From IMG/VR virus record IMGVR_UViG_3300045996_000451, positions 1 to 55,032 of that record: a stretch of DNA of 55,032 nucleotides, one strand, 5' to 3'. This document shows positions 45,003-53,583 of the stretch, in pieces. Source of the stretch: a virus. Lineage: Duplodnaviria > Caudoviricetes. Both the position numbers and the translations under genes were made by a program. Numbering within the stretch: position 1 is the first letter of the stretch; the number at the start of each line of letters is the position of its first letter. The notes beneath the pieces were generated by a model, which was not told the DNA's origin, did no database searches, and was given only the letters and a program-made list of their open reading frames with translations.

Positions 45003-45482
45003 CTAGACCGCGAACCGGTTCATGGCTTCGGAAACTTCATGTATCGATACCGTGCCTTGGAAATTCAGTTTCAAGGCAGATACTACCGGGTTGGCGGTCG
45101 CTACCGTGGTGTACCCGAGGTACAGTTCGGCGCGCGTTGCTTTGTGTAGGCACCCTTCCAGTACGGCTTTACTGTTCGTCGTGCCCCATGTGTCGATGAT
45201 TGCTTTGCGCATCTTCGCCCGGGTCATGTCGATAGGGGCGTTGTCCATCATCAGTTGCCATAATGCCCGCTTGCCGGCCGTGAGGTTATCGAACAGCGTA
45301 ACGTCGGTCGCTTCGAACAGTTCGCGCTTATCGCAATGTGAATGCCACGCGTCGGTCGTGGTTTCGGTGTTCACCCATTCGGTCAAGAAAACGTCGTTGC
45401 GCACATCGCGCCAGCCGACTAGCACGGGGTCGGTTTCCGCCATGATCCCGGCGGCGAGTAATTGCAGTTGTGCGTCTAGCAT
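45003..45482 (-). CDS. Hypothetical protein
   Basis: AAGGAG RBS. Confidence 0.65.
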   Translation of the reverse strand: MLDAQLQLLAAGIMAETDPVLVGWRDVRNDVFLTEWVNTETTTDAWHSHCDKRELFEATDVTLFDNLTAGKRALWQLMMDNAPIDMTRAKMRKAIIDTWGTTNSKAVLEGCLHKATRAELYLGYTTVATANPVVSALKLNFQGTVSIHEVSEAMNRFAV

Positions 45483-45506
45483 GTTGTAACTCCTTGAATG
45501 TAAAGA

Positions 45507-46031
45507 CTATCCTCCGCTGGGGAGTGTGAGTACGTAAGTAAACTGTATCGAGTCGCCGTTTACCACATTGATAGCCGCGAACACCGAACGGTCTATCAGG
45601 GTGGCGCCCGAAGACGCGGTGAAAATCCCGTGTTCGGTAATCGCTAGACTGCCGGTGTAAGTCTGCGTCCCGACACTGGTATAGGTATTCGTGCTAGGGG
45701 TTTGTGAACCCGTGGCGCGGGCTATGCCGCTATCCGTTTCCATCGTGGTATCGGATGCGTTTTCCGCTGTGGTTCCGGTACCGGAAGCATGGAACTTCAC
45801 ATCCCCGGATGAAGTACCCGCCAAAAGGGTCGCCAGCCACGCTACGCCGGCCGTGGTTACGAGCTTGGTGGATATCAAGCCGATATCATGCCGGTTGCCG
45901 TCCGCGTCGATCTTGACCGCGTACAGGCGGCCGATTGCCGTAATATCGCCCTTCCATATCCGGGCGGGGACTTGTGCTGCCATGCGGCACCGTAACGCCA
46001 GTTCCATATACAACGTCTTGATTAGATTCAT
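45507..46031 (-). CDS. Fibre-attachment / tail-collar-like structural protein
   Basis: VTTAG..LA, GTGTTA...DT, ITEHGIF, INVVNGDSIQFTY pattern. Confidence 0.6.
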   Translation of the reverse strand: MNLIKTLYMELALRCRMAAQVPARIWKGDITAIGRLYAVKIDADGNRHDIGLISTKLVTTAGVAWLATLLAGTSSGDVKFHASGTGTTAENASDTTMETDSGIARATGSQTPSTNTYTSVGTQTYTGSLAITEHGIFTASSGATLIDRSVFAAINVVNGDSIQFTYVLTLPSGG

Positions 46032-46195
46032 TCCGTCCTCCCCCTTGGCGCCTTGCCTGTCATGATTTCCCGATGCAGTTTCCGGGATTTGCGTTTTTCG
46101 TTTATGTGCTTCAGTTTCTTTTCGATTGCGGTACGCTCGCGTCCGCCCTGGTGTTCGGGTGCGCCTTTCAGTTTGGCGAGTAGCTTTCGAATCAT
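46028..46195 (-). CDS. Small basic protein
   Basis: Lys/Arg-rich ORF with ATGA overlap. Confidence 0.4.
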   Translation of the reverse strand: MIRKLLAKLKGAPEHQGGRERTAIEKKLKHINEKRKSRKLHREIMTGKAPRGRTE

Positions 46196-46268
46196 CGGCG
46201 TGCGATTACCACGACTTGATATAAACAGTACGCAAGCCACAAGCCGGAAAGTATTAGAAGTAGTTCGC

Positions 46269-46604
46269 TCATACCGTCGTCAGAATGTATGTTATGGACA
46301 CGCCCACCGCGTTGGCGCCGGACAGGTTCACATTCAGGGCTTCGTTAGCCGCCGTGCTGAACCACCCGGACCGGTTCTCGTTGAGTACCATTCCGCCGTT
46401 CGCAGCGAACGCGAACAGTGCGGAAATGTCCGTAGTCGCTGATTGGAGTTTCATGCTTGTGGCCGCTACGCCGCATACGGCTACCAGACTGAGAACTCGT
46501 ATCTTCAGTCCGGCGCCGGGTGCGGCCACCAGTTGATTGTTACCCGACGAGTTCGCGTTAACGAAACCGTATTTGATATTGTGATTTGGTACTGGTACGG
46601 CCAT
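46269..46604 (-). CDS. Putative structural beta-sandwich protein
   Basis: LVAAPGAGLKIRVLS motif; has its own promoter. Confidence 0.65.
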   Translation of the reverse strand: MAVPVPNHNIKYGFVNANSSGNNQLVAAPGAGLKIRVLSLVAVCGVAATSMKLQSATTDISALFAFAANGGMVLNENRSGWFSTAANEALNVNLSGANAVGVSITYILTTV

Positions 46605-46633
46605 GTTTTATGTCCCTGTATCTGATTCGCGTG

Positions 46634-46662
46634 ATACTGCTACGTAATCATTCATATATCAA
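46634..46662 (-). promoter_or_regulatory. Leftward promoter, TTGATATATGAATGA family
   Basis: TTGATA-17-CAGTAT, just downstream of a terminator. Confidence 0.55.
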
Positions 46663-46664
46663 GT

Positions 46665-46688
46665 AAAAACCGCCCCTCGTGGGGGCGG
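46665..46688 (-). terminator. Rho-independent terminator
   Basis: CCGCCCC..GGGGCGG with TTTTT on the minus strand. Confidence 0.75.
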
Positions 46689-46709
46689 CGATTTGCTGCT
46701 GGGTATTTG

Positions 46710-47504
46710 TTATACGCGGGTTTGGCTGGCGTGAATGTAATCCAGATCCGCCGTGAAGCTCGAGGTGCCGCTGACGTTACCTACCATCACGGTCGGGGTA
46801 AGCAGAGCCGCCGCTGTTACAGCGCCGGACATTGCTGTACCCACCTGTACGCCGTTGCGGAAGAACACCGCTACGCCGCCCGTGGTCAACTCGATACGGA
46901 ATGTTTCGTAGGTGTCGGCGACCGGTGCGTATGCGGTGGCTTGGCGGGTTGCGTCCACGTCGGTAGCGACTCCTACCAGGTGCCACGTATCTGTTGACAT
47001 CCGAGTATCAAAAAGAAAACCGCACGCGTCCGTGGCGTTCGTGGTAATGGTGTCCGCGCTCGAGGCCGAGTATATCGGGACTTCAAGCGTAGTAACGTCG
47101 GTAAACCCAAGGAAGGCGTAAGCCAGTGTGATACGGCTCATCTTGAAGCGGGCTTCGAAGCACAAATTACCGTTCGCTGCTTTCCAGTTCAGGTAGCTGG
47201 TAAGTTGTACGAAGTCGGCCGCGTTACCGGTACCCGCATCACCGGTTGTGAACCGGAATATCCCGCCGTTACCACTGGCCAGTACCGCGCCGTCGGATGT
47301 AGCCGAGTCGGTACCCTCAACGAAGTTCCATTGGTCGGCTACCACGTCGCCCAGGAAGTCGTCGAACAATGCGACGGTAGTAGGAGACGGGCTTGCAATT
47401 TGCGAACCGTCGTTACCCGATACTACGCCCTTGGGTGCGACCAGGCGGCGTTGGCTGTCGAGTCCTATTTCCTTACCGTGAAGTGATGTGAGTATTTTTG
47501 ACAT
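46710..47504 (-). CDS. ConA-like beta-sandwich structural protein
   Basis: AAGGAGG RBS; FDDF...FEAR...FF.NG..DYI pattern. Confidence 0.65.
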   Translation of the reverse strand: MSKILTSLHGKEIGLDSQRRLVAPKGVVSGNDGSQIASPSPTTVALFDDFLGDVVADQWNFVEGTDSATSDGAVLASGNGGIFRFTTGDAGTGNAADFVQLTSYLNWKAANGNLCFEARFKMSRITLAYAFLGFTDVTTLEVPIYSASSADTITTNATDACGFLFDTRMSTDTWHLVGVATDVDATRQATAYAPVADTYETFRIELTTGGVAVFFRNGVQVGTAMSGAVTAAALLTPTVMVGNVSGTSSFTADLDYIHASQTRV

Positions 47505-47582
47505 GGTGAAACCTCCTTTATATACGCCGGATGGGTACGGCATTGCTTATGCTTCGGATTGCCAGTGTCCGACTGGCGGCGG

Positions 47583-48836
47583 TTAAATTACGTATTGCGC
47601 CCCTGCCGTGGTGTACAGCACTTCGCCGTTCGCTAATCGCGATACCGATTGAACGGTTCCGCTCATCAGCAATTCGCGTATCGAATTGTGGTATGCAGAT
47701 ACTACCGAGCGGTTCTTGTACCCATAGCCGTCTAGCTCGTCCCGGTCCCATTGATACCATAGGGTGCGTGCTATGCCCTTCGCTGCCGCTGTGAGCATGA
47801 ACCGCGCCATGTGTGCGCACACTTTCGGATCCAGGTACGCGCTGGCTTGGGATGAAATCATCGAGCTTTCCGTGTCCCATGTCGGCAAGGCCGAAACGCC
47901 GGCTGTCGTCTTGGAAGCGTCGATACGGTCGATCATGCCGGCTAAGTCCTGTACCTTGTTCGAGGTCGGCAGGTACAAATGCACGCCGATGATGTCTACC
48001 CAATCGGCCATCGTGCCGCTTGCCCCATCGCTAGCGGCCATCATCCCCGTGAAATAAGTATCCGTGGCGCCCGCCGTTGCCGTCCAGCCTTGTGTGTTCG
48101 GGCAGATAATCTTCGCCGTCGGGTCCACCGCTTTGATTGCCTGATTCGCGCGCCGTACCATTTCGGACAGCTTCGCGTAGGAACCGGTGAAGTACGCCGC
48201 TGTGCCGGTAGCTGCCGTACCGTTGTTCTGGTAGTTAACCTCGTTCCATACCTCGTAATACCTGATCTTGCCGAGGTAGCGGGTAGCAACGGCGGCACAG
48301 TATGCGGACCAATCGGCCATATCCAAGGGTTCGGCACCTATGCCGCGGTTGAATTCAATCTCGCTACCGGGCTGGTCCGAGTATGCGTTCCGCTCTGTCG
48401 GTCTTGCCGAAGCCCAGTCCGGGGTTCCGAAAAGCCCGAAGATCATATCCCGGCCCGCTGCGTAATGCGTGTTCACCAAATCGTCGAGGTCGGCCCAATC
48501 CCAGTTATCAGTATCCGGGTCGTCTTCCGGTTGAATGAACTGCCAGCGGGCTTTTCCGCCGTACATGTCATGAATGCGAACCGTCTTGTAGGTAGCCGGT
48601 AACAATGCATCATTGTCGCGGTAATAGACGTGGGTACCGAAGAACTCTTCACCGACTGATACTGGCGACGCGGATAGAACCGTGAACGGAAGACTGGGGA
48701 TGGCGAGTACGTTTGCGTCCATGGCGGCAAGGTCCGCCGATTCGCAAAACGTAGCTCGCGAACCGGTGAAATGCGCACCGTAATGCTTTACCGGGTTGGT
48801 GGCACTGCGACCGTTTGTAACTACGTAGTCGGTCAT
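47583..48836 (-). CDS. Clan GH-A glycoside hydrolase (GH39/GH5-like), putative depolymerase
   Basis: YYEVWNEVN acid/base, IGVHLY, WDTES nucleophile, WYQW; ATGA overlap at 48836. Confidence 0.78.
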   Translation of the reverse strand: MTDYVVTNGRSATNPVKHYGAHFTGSRATFCESADLAAMDANVLAIPSLPFTVLSASPVSVGEEFFGTHVYYRDNDALLPATYKTVRIHDMYGGKARWQFIQPEDDPDTDNWDWADLDDLVNTHYAAGRDMIFGLFGTPDWASARPTERNAYSDQPGSEIEFNRGIGAEPLDMADWSAYCAAVATRYLGKIRYYEVWNEVNYQNNGTAATGTAAYFTGSYAKLSEMVRRANQAIKAVDPTAKIICPNTQGWTATAGATDTYFTGMMAASDGASGTMADWVDIIGVHLYLPTSNKVQDLAGMIDRIDASKTTAGVSALPTWDTESSMISSQASAYLDPKVCAHMARFMLTAAAKGIARTLWYQWDRDELDGYGYKNRSVVSAYHNSIRELLMSGTVQSVSRLANGEVLYTTAGAQYVI

Positions 48837-49333
48837 ACCCCGGGGCGATGCACTATCGAGTAGCCGCGCAACTTTATGGTTTGCAGTAGGTCGCCCTGTG
48901 CTAACGACCACTTCGCCTTGAAGTCGATGGTCACGTCTGCCGACGTGTCTATGGACGCGGTAGCACGGGCGATGGATTGGACCCCGTAGGACGTGCTGTT
49001 GAATGCAGTCTGTGAGTTCAGCGAGTTCATGTTCGATATCACGGTGCGGCATGATATGGTAATCGTGCCCCCGGATATGCCTGTCGCCCCGCCCATGTTC
49101 GTGCCGCCGAAGTCTATTCCCATCGACTTGGTGCCGGTGGTGAGTACGTCCCATTCGGTTTCAATTATCAGGTCACTGTTCGGCCCCATGGTCCCGGCCC
49201 GCAATACGACGGGCTTCAACACCGTGTATGACGCGTCCGCGGCACCGGCCACCGACTGCAGCGTGTAGGCGACACGCGATTGGGCGATAACCACCATTCC
49301 GTTTCCAATCCCCGCCGATGCGCGGGCTACCAT
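48833..49333 (-). CDS. Hypothetical structural-like protein
   Basis: Operon packing; Thr/Ser/Gly-rich. Confidence 0.6.
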   Translation of the reverse strand: MVARASAGIGNGMVVIAQSRVAYTLQSVAGAADASYTVLKPVVLRAGTMGPNSDLIIETEWDVLTTGTKSMGIDFGGTNMGGATGISGGTITISCRTVISNMNSLNSQTAFNSTSYGVQSIARATASIDTSADVTIDFKAKWSLAQGDLLQTIKLRGYSIVHRPGV

Positions 49334-49630
49334 CTAGTTGCCCACCCCGGGAGTGACATACAGGGTTGAACCGGCGCCGGCTGCGATTGCGCAAATGGTG
49401 TCGGTGGACGGCGGTACGGAAACTGCTACTTGCGAATTGGGAAGCAAGGGGCAGTCCGCGCTTGCCGAAGCCCCGCCGGTTCCGACTTTCCAGAATATCG
49501 TCTGGTTGCCTATGTTCGTCAGTAGCAGGGTATGCGAACGCTTGACTATGGTTATGTCTGCCGCGACGCCTGTTACCGCACCGCTTACCGTGCCTTGGGG
49601 AACCGGGGTGAAATTGAAAAGGGTTGACAT
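49334..49630 (-). CDS. Small beta-rich structural-like protein
   Basis: AAGGAG RBS; TLYVTPG.G C-terminus. Confidence 0.65.
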   Translation of the reverse strand: MSTLFNFTPVPQGTVSGAVTGVAADITIVKRSHTLLLTNIGNQTIFWKVGTGGASASADCPLLPNSQVAVSVPPSTDTICAIAAGAGSTLYVTPGVGN

Positions 49631-50293
49631 TTATTCTCCTTTTTTCTGCATTGCCGATGCCAGTACGAAGGCAATGCGGCGGGCTGTTTCCTGGTCGGAC
49701 ATTTGCGTTTCAGTAGCCGGCTTATCCGAATCCCCGTTTGCGTTGTCGGAAAGGCCGTACGCTTGCCGCTTCAATCCGATTAGGGTTTTGAGGGAATCGG
49801 TTAGCGATTTCATGGCCGAAACCCGGCTCGGCATGCTCACTGATTTCAGATAAATTTCGTTCAACTTGTCCACGCCTTTGTCGTTCGGGGAGTACATCAA
49901 AACCCCCAGTTGCGTGAACAATTCCCGGTTGTTGGTTGTCTCTTCCAGTTCGGTAAGCAGGTTGTAAACCAGGTTCAGAACTCGCTGGATGTCGGTCCGG
50001 GTGGACAGAACTACGTCTACCTGCTTGTCCGCATTGGCTTCAACTACTCGTTCTTCCCTCTCAACCTTGTCAGTGTCAAGCTTGACGTCAAGCATTGCAG
50101 CGTTAAGCTTGGCTTCTGTCGCTGCCTGGATTCGGGCTTTCAAGTCCCGTTCCCATCCCAGCTCTTCGGCAATCTGCAGAACCCTTGCCCCGCTAATCCC
50201 GAACTCTGAACCGAGGGCACGAAGAGACTTGATACCGGCCCGGTATTCAAGTTCAAGCGCCTTACGGTCTACGTCCTTCGGTTTAGCGGCCAT
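49631..50293 (-). CDS. Terminase small subunit (putative)
   Basis: EYRAG..SLRAL...GIS...A...GWERDL N-terminal HTH typical of TerS. Confidence 0.72.
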   Translation of the reverse strand: MAAKPKDVDRKALELEYRAGIKSLRALGSEFGISGARVLQIAEELGWERDLKARIQAATEAKLNAAMLDVKLDTDKVEREERVVEANADKQVDVVLSTRTDIQRVLNLVYNLLTELEETTNNRELFTQLGVLMYSPNDKGVDKLNEIYLKSVSMPSRVSAMKSLTDSLKTLIGLKRQAYGLSDNANGDSDKPATETQMSDQETARRIAFVLASAMQKKGE

Positions 50294-50338
50294 GTGTACC
50301 CCTGTTGTGAATTGGTTTTACTACCGTGTCGCCTCAGG

Positions 50339-50395
50339 ATCCCGCAATGGGCTGGCTTGGCTTTGAGTCCCAGTATCCCGCCATGGGCTGTCTTG
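50339..50395 (-). repeat. Pair of 21-bp imperfect direct repeats in the terS leader
   Basis: ATCCCGCAATGGGCTGGCTTG at 50339 and ATCCCGCCATGGGCTGTCTTG at 50375. Confidence 0.8.
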
Positions 50396-50409
50396 ATCTC
50401 AGTGTCGCG

Positions 50410-50438
50410 ATAGTGCTACCGTTTCATTCATATATCAA
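50410..50438 (-). promoter_or_regulatory. Late-operon promoter, TTGATATATGAATGA family
   Basis: TTGATA-17-CACTAT. Confidence 0.55.
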
Positions 50439-50463
50439 GTCCTAGTAAATTGTTCCAGTGGCA

Positions 50464-50653
50464 TTACAAGTTTCGATTCTTGTAACGTTACTGTATTCAC
50501 CGATTCGCGACTACGGTGTATTCACGTATTCATCCCCTAAAGGGGATATGAATACATGAATACAATTTTCCGTAGTTTTGTCCCTTGTATTCACGTGTAT
50601 TCATGAAGACCGTGAATACACTTGAAACTTGTAATTACAAGTAATACTTGTAG
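50464..50653. repeat. Putative replication origin: iterons and a palindrome
   Basis: Eight GTATTCA/TGAATAC copies, inverted repeat 50518..50563, TTACAAG/CTTGTAA copies, AT-rich, next to the primase 3' end. Confidence 0.65.
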
Positions 50654-50657
50654 CTTT

Positions 50658-52658
50658 CTATGCTTCGGACAGTGAAACAAACCCGTTTTCGACGGTAAAA
50701 ATTTCCCTTTCCACGAGTTTGTCGAACGCCCGACGCATGTTTACCTTCCGCTGTGCCGTCCGGGTTGCAGATTCCGGTAGCCTTTCCACGGCTTCGTTAA
50801 CCAGGGTATCGATGGTAGGCCACTCGTTGTCGCGGTCGAAAAGGTCTTGCAAAGTGTCCACCAGCACACGTTCGTTATCGCCCATTTTCTGTTTTTTCTC
50901 GTGGTTAGCACGCTCGCTAACTTCCGCTTCTTCGACCACACAACTGGTCACTTCGTCGCCGTCTTCATCCACTCCGATAGGTACCGATACCAGCTTGAAC
51001 CCGAACGCGGGGCTGTCGTCCCCGTCCTTCAATTTGGTAATGGTAGCCACACGGCCACTATCGTTACGTACTACTTCCAGTTCACAATCGGCCGCCGCAC
51101 GAAGCCCGGACCACCCCCGGGCGCCTTTGGCCGCATCCTTACCACTGTGGTGTACCAGCACCACCATGGCGCCCGTAGCCTTGCTCAGTGCCCTGCAGTG
51201 TGCCAATGCCTTGCCCATGTCTTCGCCGCTGTTCTCGTTGGCCCCAGGCGTCACCTGTGCCCAGGTATCCACTACTACTATGGAACAGGATCCGAAAGCC
51301 TTCACGGACGCTATAACGTCGGCTACATCCTTCTTTTCCAGGAAGTTGGGCGCGGCCGGGATAATGCCCAGACTATCGTCAGGTATGGTATGGCGAGCGG
51401 CGTAAGCCTTGATACGGTTGCGGAACCCGCCCGAGCCTTCGGCCACGATATAGACTACCCGGGCTTGACGAACCCGACGCCCGCGCCACGGTTCACCGCG
51501 AGCGATTGCGCAAACCATATCGAAGGTGAAGAACGATTTACCCGAGCCGCTAGCCCCATAGAACACGGCAAGATCCGCAACCGGGAGTACGCCCTTTATA
51601 AACCAGCCGGGCGATTCGGTAGCACGGAACTCGCTAGGCTTGAGTACGGCGAACCGCAACGGGTCCGATATCGGAATCACGATATCGGGCTCGCTGGTTA
51701 TATCTTCGAAGTCGTCCGCGGTCGGGGCGTCGATCCACCCGGCGTCTGTCGCCATCTTGTACAGGGTTCCGCCCGTAACAGGCGCGGCACTGGATAGGCC
51801 GAAGGTATCCCATTTGGCTTCTAGCTCTTCGAAGCCGGGATAGTCGGCACCGCCTGTACTCCAATCGTCCCAGAGTAACAAGCCGTCGCGGTCCCCTTCA
51901 GTCTCGTGGTGGATAGCCTGCCCTACCTTTACCCAATCCGTGTACGGCATGTTCGGATCCAGTTTAAGAACTGCAGAACCTATCCGCCCCACGTCCCCGG
52001 TCGGCATGCTGCTAGCTTCACGTTCCGGCTTCACAACCACAGGCACCGGGCTGGATACCGGCCATTGGACGGGATAATCCCGCGGCATGCGCTGGTAGTC
52101 GGCCATCGGTTCGAGGGGCACGGACTCGCCGGAATAGGGCAGGATGAACATATTGCCGAACCCGTCCACGGGTACGCTGTCCTGCTTGGGGAAAATCTCT
52201 ACCTGGTTGTTCGATACCCCGCCCGCGCCGTCTGATAACCCCTTGATTTTTAACGTCGATCGTAAAAACTCGCGGACGGAATAGGCGTCTTGTGGCTCGT
52301 CCCACAATAAGTACAAATGGATACCTTGACCCCCAGACGAACTAAAAGGTATGACGTTGGCACCTTTACTTTCAAGTGCGATCGACAATTCCGCAGCAAC
52401 GGTACCCATACCCATCCACGAGGTTTCCCCCTTGTGGCTGTCCAGGTCCAGAACCGCAACCCGGGTAGTGGACTCCCCCGCCTTGATGGGGCACACGCCG
52501 CGCGCGATGTCGCCCGCCAGATGGTGTTCCAACATAGCATCGTTGAGAGGTCGCTTGATACAAGACGGAGCTTCCCCTGGATTCTTCCGCCAGTGAACAT
52601 CAGTACGGACGCGCGAAACCAGCGGTTCCAATACCGATAGTGGTAGTGTGTCGGTCAT
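50658..52658 (-). CDS. Primase-helicase (AEP primase, PriCT-2, AAA_25/RepA-like helicase)
   Basis: LDLD, SSGGQGIHLY, W..VG.A.H..W..WS, GASGSGKS, VVVDT, VHHSGK; GAGGT RBS before ATG 52658. Confidence 0.9.
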   Translation of the reverse strand: MTDTLPLSVLEPLVSRVRTDVHWRKNPGEAPSCIKRPLNDAMLEHHLAGDIARGVCPIKAGESTTRVAVLDLDSHKGETSWMGMGTVAAELSIALESKGANVIPFSSSGGQGIHLYLLWDEPQDAYSVREFLRSTLKIKGLSDGAGGVSNNQVEIFPKQDSVPVDGFGNMFILPYSGESVPLEPMADYQRMPRDYPVQWPVSSPVPVVVKPEREASSMPTGDVGRIGSAVLKLDPNMPYTDWVKVGQAIHHETEGDRDGLLLWDDWSTGGADYPGFEELEAKWDTFGLSSAAPVTGGTLYKMATDAGWIDAPTADDFEDITSEPDIVIPISDPLRFAVLKPSEFRATESPGWFIKGVLPVADLAVFYGASGSGKSFFTFDMVCAIARGEPWRGRRVRQARVVYIVAEGSGGFRNRIKAYAARHTIPDDSLGIIPAAPNFLEKKDVADVIASVKAFGSCSIVVVDTWAQVTPGANENSGEDMGKALAHCRALSKATGAMVVLVHHSGKDAAKGARGWSGLRAAADCELEVVRNDSGRVATITKLKDGDDSPAFGFKLVSVPIGVDEDGDEVTSCVVEEAEVSERANHEKKQKMGDNERVLVDTLQDLFDRDNEWPTIDTLVNEAVERLPESATRTAQRKVNMRRAFDKLVEREIFTVENGFVSLSEA

Positions 52659-52803
52659 CGTTACCTCTGTGTTAGCTAACCATTCAGCTTCATGCGCCGC
52701 GCCGTGAGGCAATACCGGCAGGGGCTTATCTTCACTACCCACCCGGTACCCGACCGGTGCCATTCCGCGTACAGTTGCCTGGAACAGCATTCGCAATATG
52801 TTT

Positions 52804-52962
52804 TCATTTGGCTACCGTCCCTGTCGGCTTGCACTCAAACCATTTAGACGCTATTTCCGTTTTGCCGAAGTTCCGGCAGTCGTAAATCACGTCGGTTTTC
52901 GCCCAAATGTAACCGCCCATTAGGGCAACGATTAATCCGATAACAACCTGAAAGTTATCCAT
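52804..52962 (-). CDS. Small single-TM protein (52 aa)
   Basis: GGGGAG RBS; overlaps the cro-like stop. Confidence 0.45.
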   Translation of the reverse strand: MDNFQVVIGLIVALMGGYIWAKTDVIYDCRNFGKTEIASKWFECKPTGTVAK

Positions 52963-53207
52963 CACACGCTCCCCTTTTTCTTCGATAGCACCGCCAGGTC
53001 GTCGATAGTTACGTGCGGAAGGATCGTGTGCCCTTGCATCGCACGCGTCCCCCTACTGATAGCCAAAGCCAAACGCACCTTCGGGTTCTCCCGGTGTCCG
53101 TAAGCCAGTAACCGTAAATATCCTACGGACGTGCCCGCTCGAAGTGCTAATTCTTCTTTCTCTTCTTTCGATGCTAGACGCATCCATTCTGCTAGTTTTG
53201 TTGGCAT
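52962..53207 (-). CDS. Cro-like HTH regulator
   Basis: EELALRAGTSVGYLRLLAYG HTH; GGAG RBS; first gene after the leftward promoter. Confidence 0.8.
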   Translation of the reverse strand: MPTKLAEWMRLASKEEKEELALRAGTSVGYLRLLAYGHRENPKVRLALAISRGTRAMQGHTILPHVTIDDLAVLSKKKGSV

Positions 53208-53234
53208 TACTGTATCTCCCGGTGAAAAGGGGGA

Positions 53235-53262
53235 ACGATACACTGTCACGTTCATATATCAA
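53235..53262 (-). promoter_or_regulatory. Leftward promoter for cro/primase, TTGATATATGAA family
   Basis: TTGATA-16-TATCGT. Confidence 0.6.
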
Positions 53263-53298
53263 GTGATAAATACTGTAACGTTCACGTCTCTATTCCTG

Positions 53299-53327
53299 TT
53301 GACAGTTACCGTATCACGTGCTACATT
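53299..53327 (+). promoter_or_regulatory. Rightward early promoter with operator
   Basis: TTGACA-17-TACATT; GTATCACGTGCTAC at 53311..53324. Confidence 0.75.
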
Positions 53328-53378
53328 TGAAACCGTAACGAGATAACTAACCCAGTACCTAACAAGGAGAAACGAAAA

Positions 53379-53522
53379 ATGAGCAAACAACATAAAACAC
53401 TTTGGACCGTAACCCACTTGCGCACCGGCGGGGTTCTTTACTTCGAAACCGAAGAAGGAGCGAGGGCATATAGTTTTACCGCCGCCGGTCCGGTAAGTAT
53501 CCGCCGCCCGATCTACGGATAG
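53379..53522 (+). CDS. First early gene, 47-aa hypothetical
   Basis: AAGGAG RBS; MSKQHKTLW...PIYG. Confidence 0.55.
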   Translation: MSKQHKTLWTVTHLRTGGVLYFETEEGARAYSFTAAGPVSIRRPIYG

Positions 53523-53583
53523 TCTGACAATTCGTACCCCTCTAACCGGGGGTACCGATTGGTAGATTACAGGATTGGGGAAA

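Noticed and set aside
48837-49154. N-terminal extension of the glycosidase or a programmed frameshift fusion
   Set aside because: The His/Arg-rich sequence is the off-frame shadow of 48833..49333; the ATGA-coupled start at 48836 suffices and I saw no clear slippery site
48833-50293. Stop-codon readthrough fusing terS with the next two in-frame genes (TAA-ATG, TAG-ATG)
   Set aside because: Each downstream gene has its own RBS-like sequence; there is no positive evidence for readthrough
50464-50653. CRISPR or mini-array
   Set aside because: Repeats are 7-mers in both orientations with irregular spacing; no cas operon
50847-51797. Long antisense ORFs (also 35946..36833, 19379..20089, 22657..23394, 29834..30580)
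   Set aside because: They mirror real genes in GC-rich codon-biased DNA and show no recognisable motifs
52659-52796. N-terminal 46 aa of the primase ORF as called in the track
   Set aside because: A better RBS precedes ATG 52658, and the upstream stretch overlaps another small ORF
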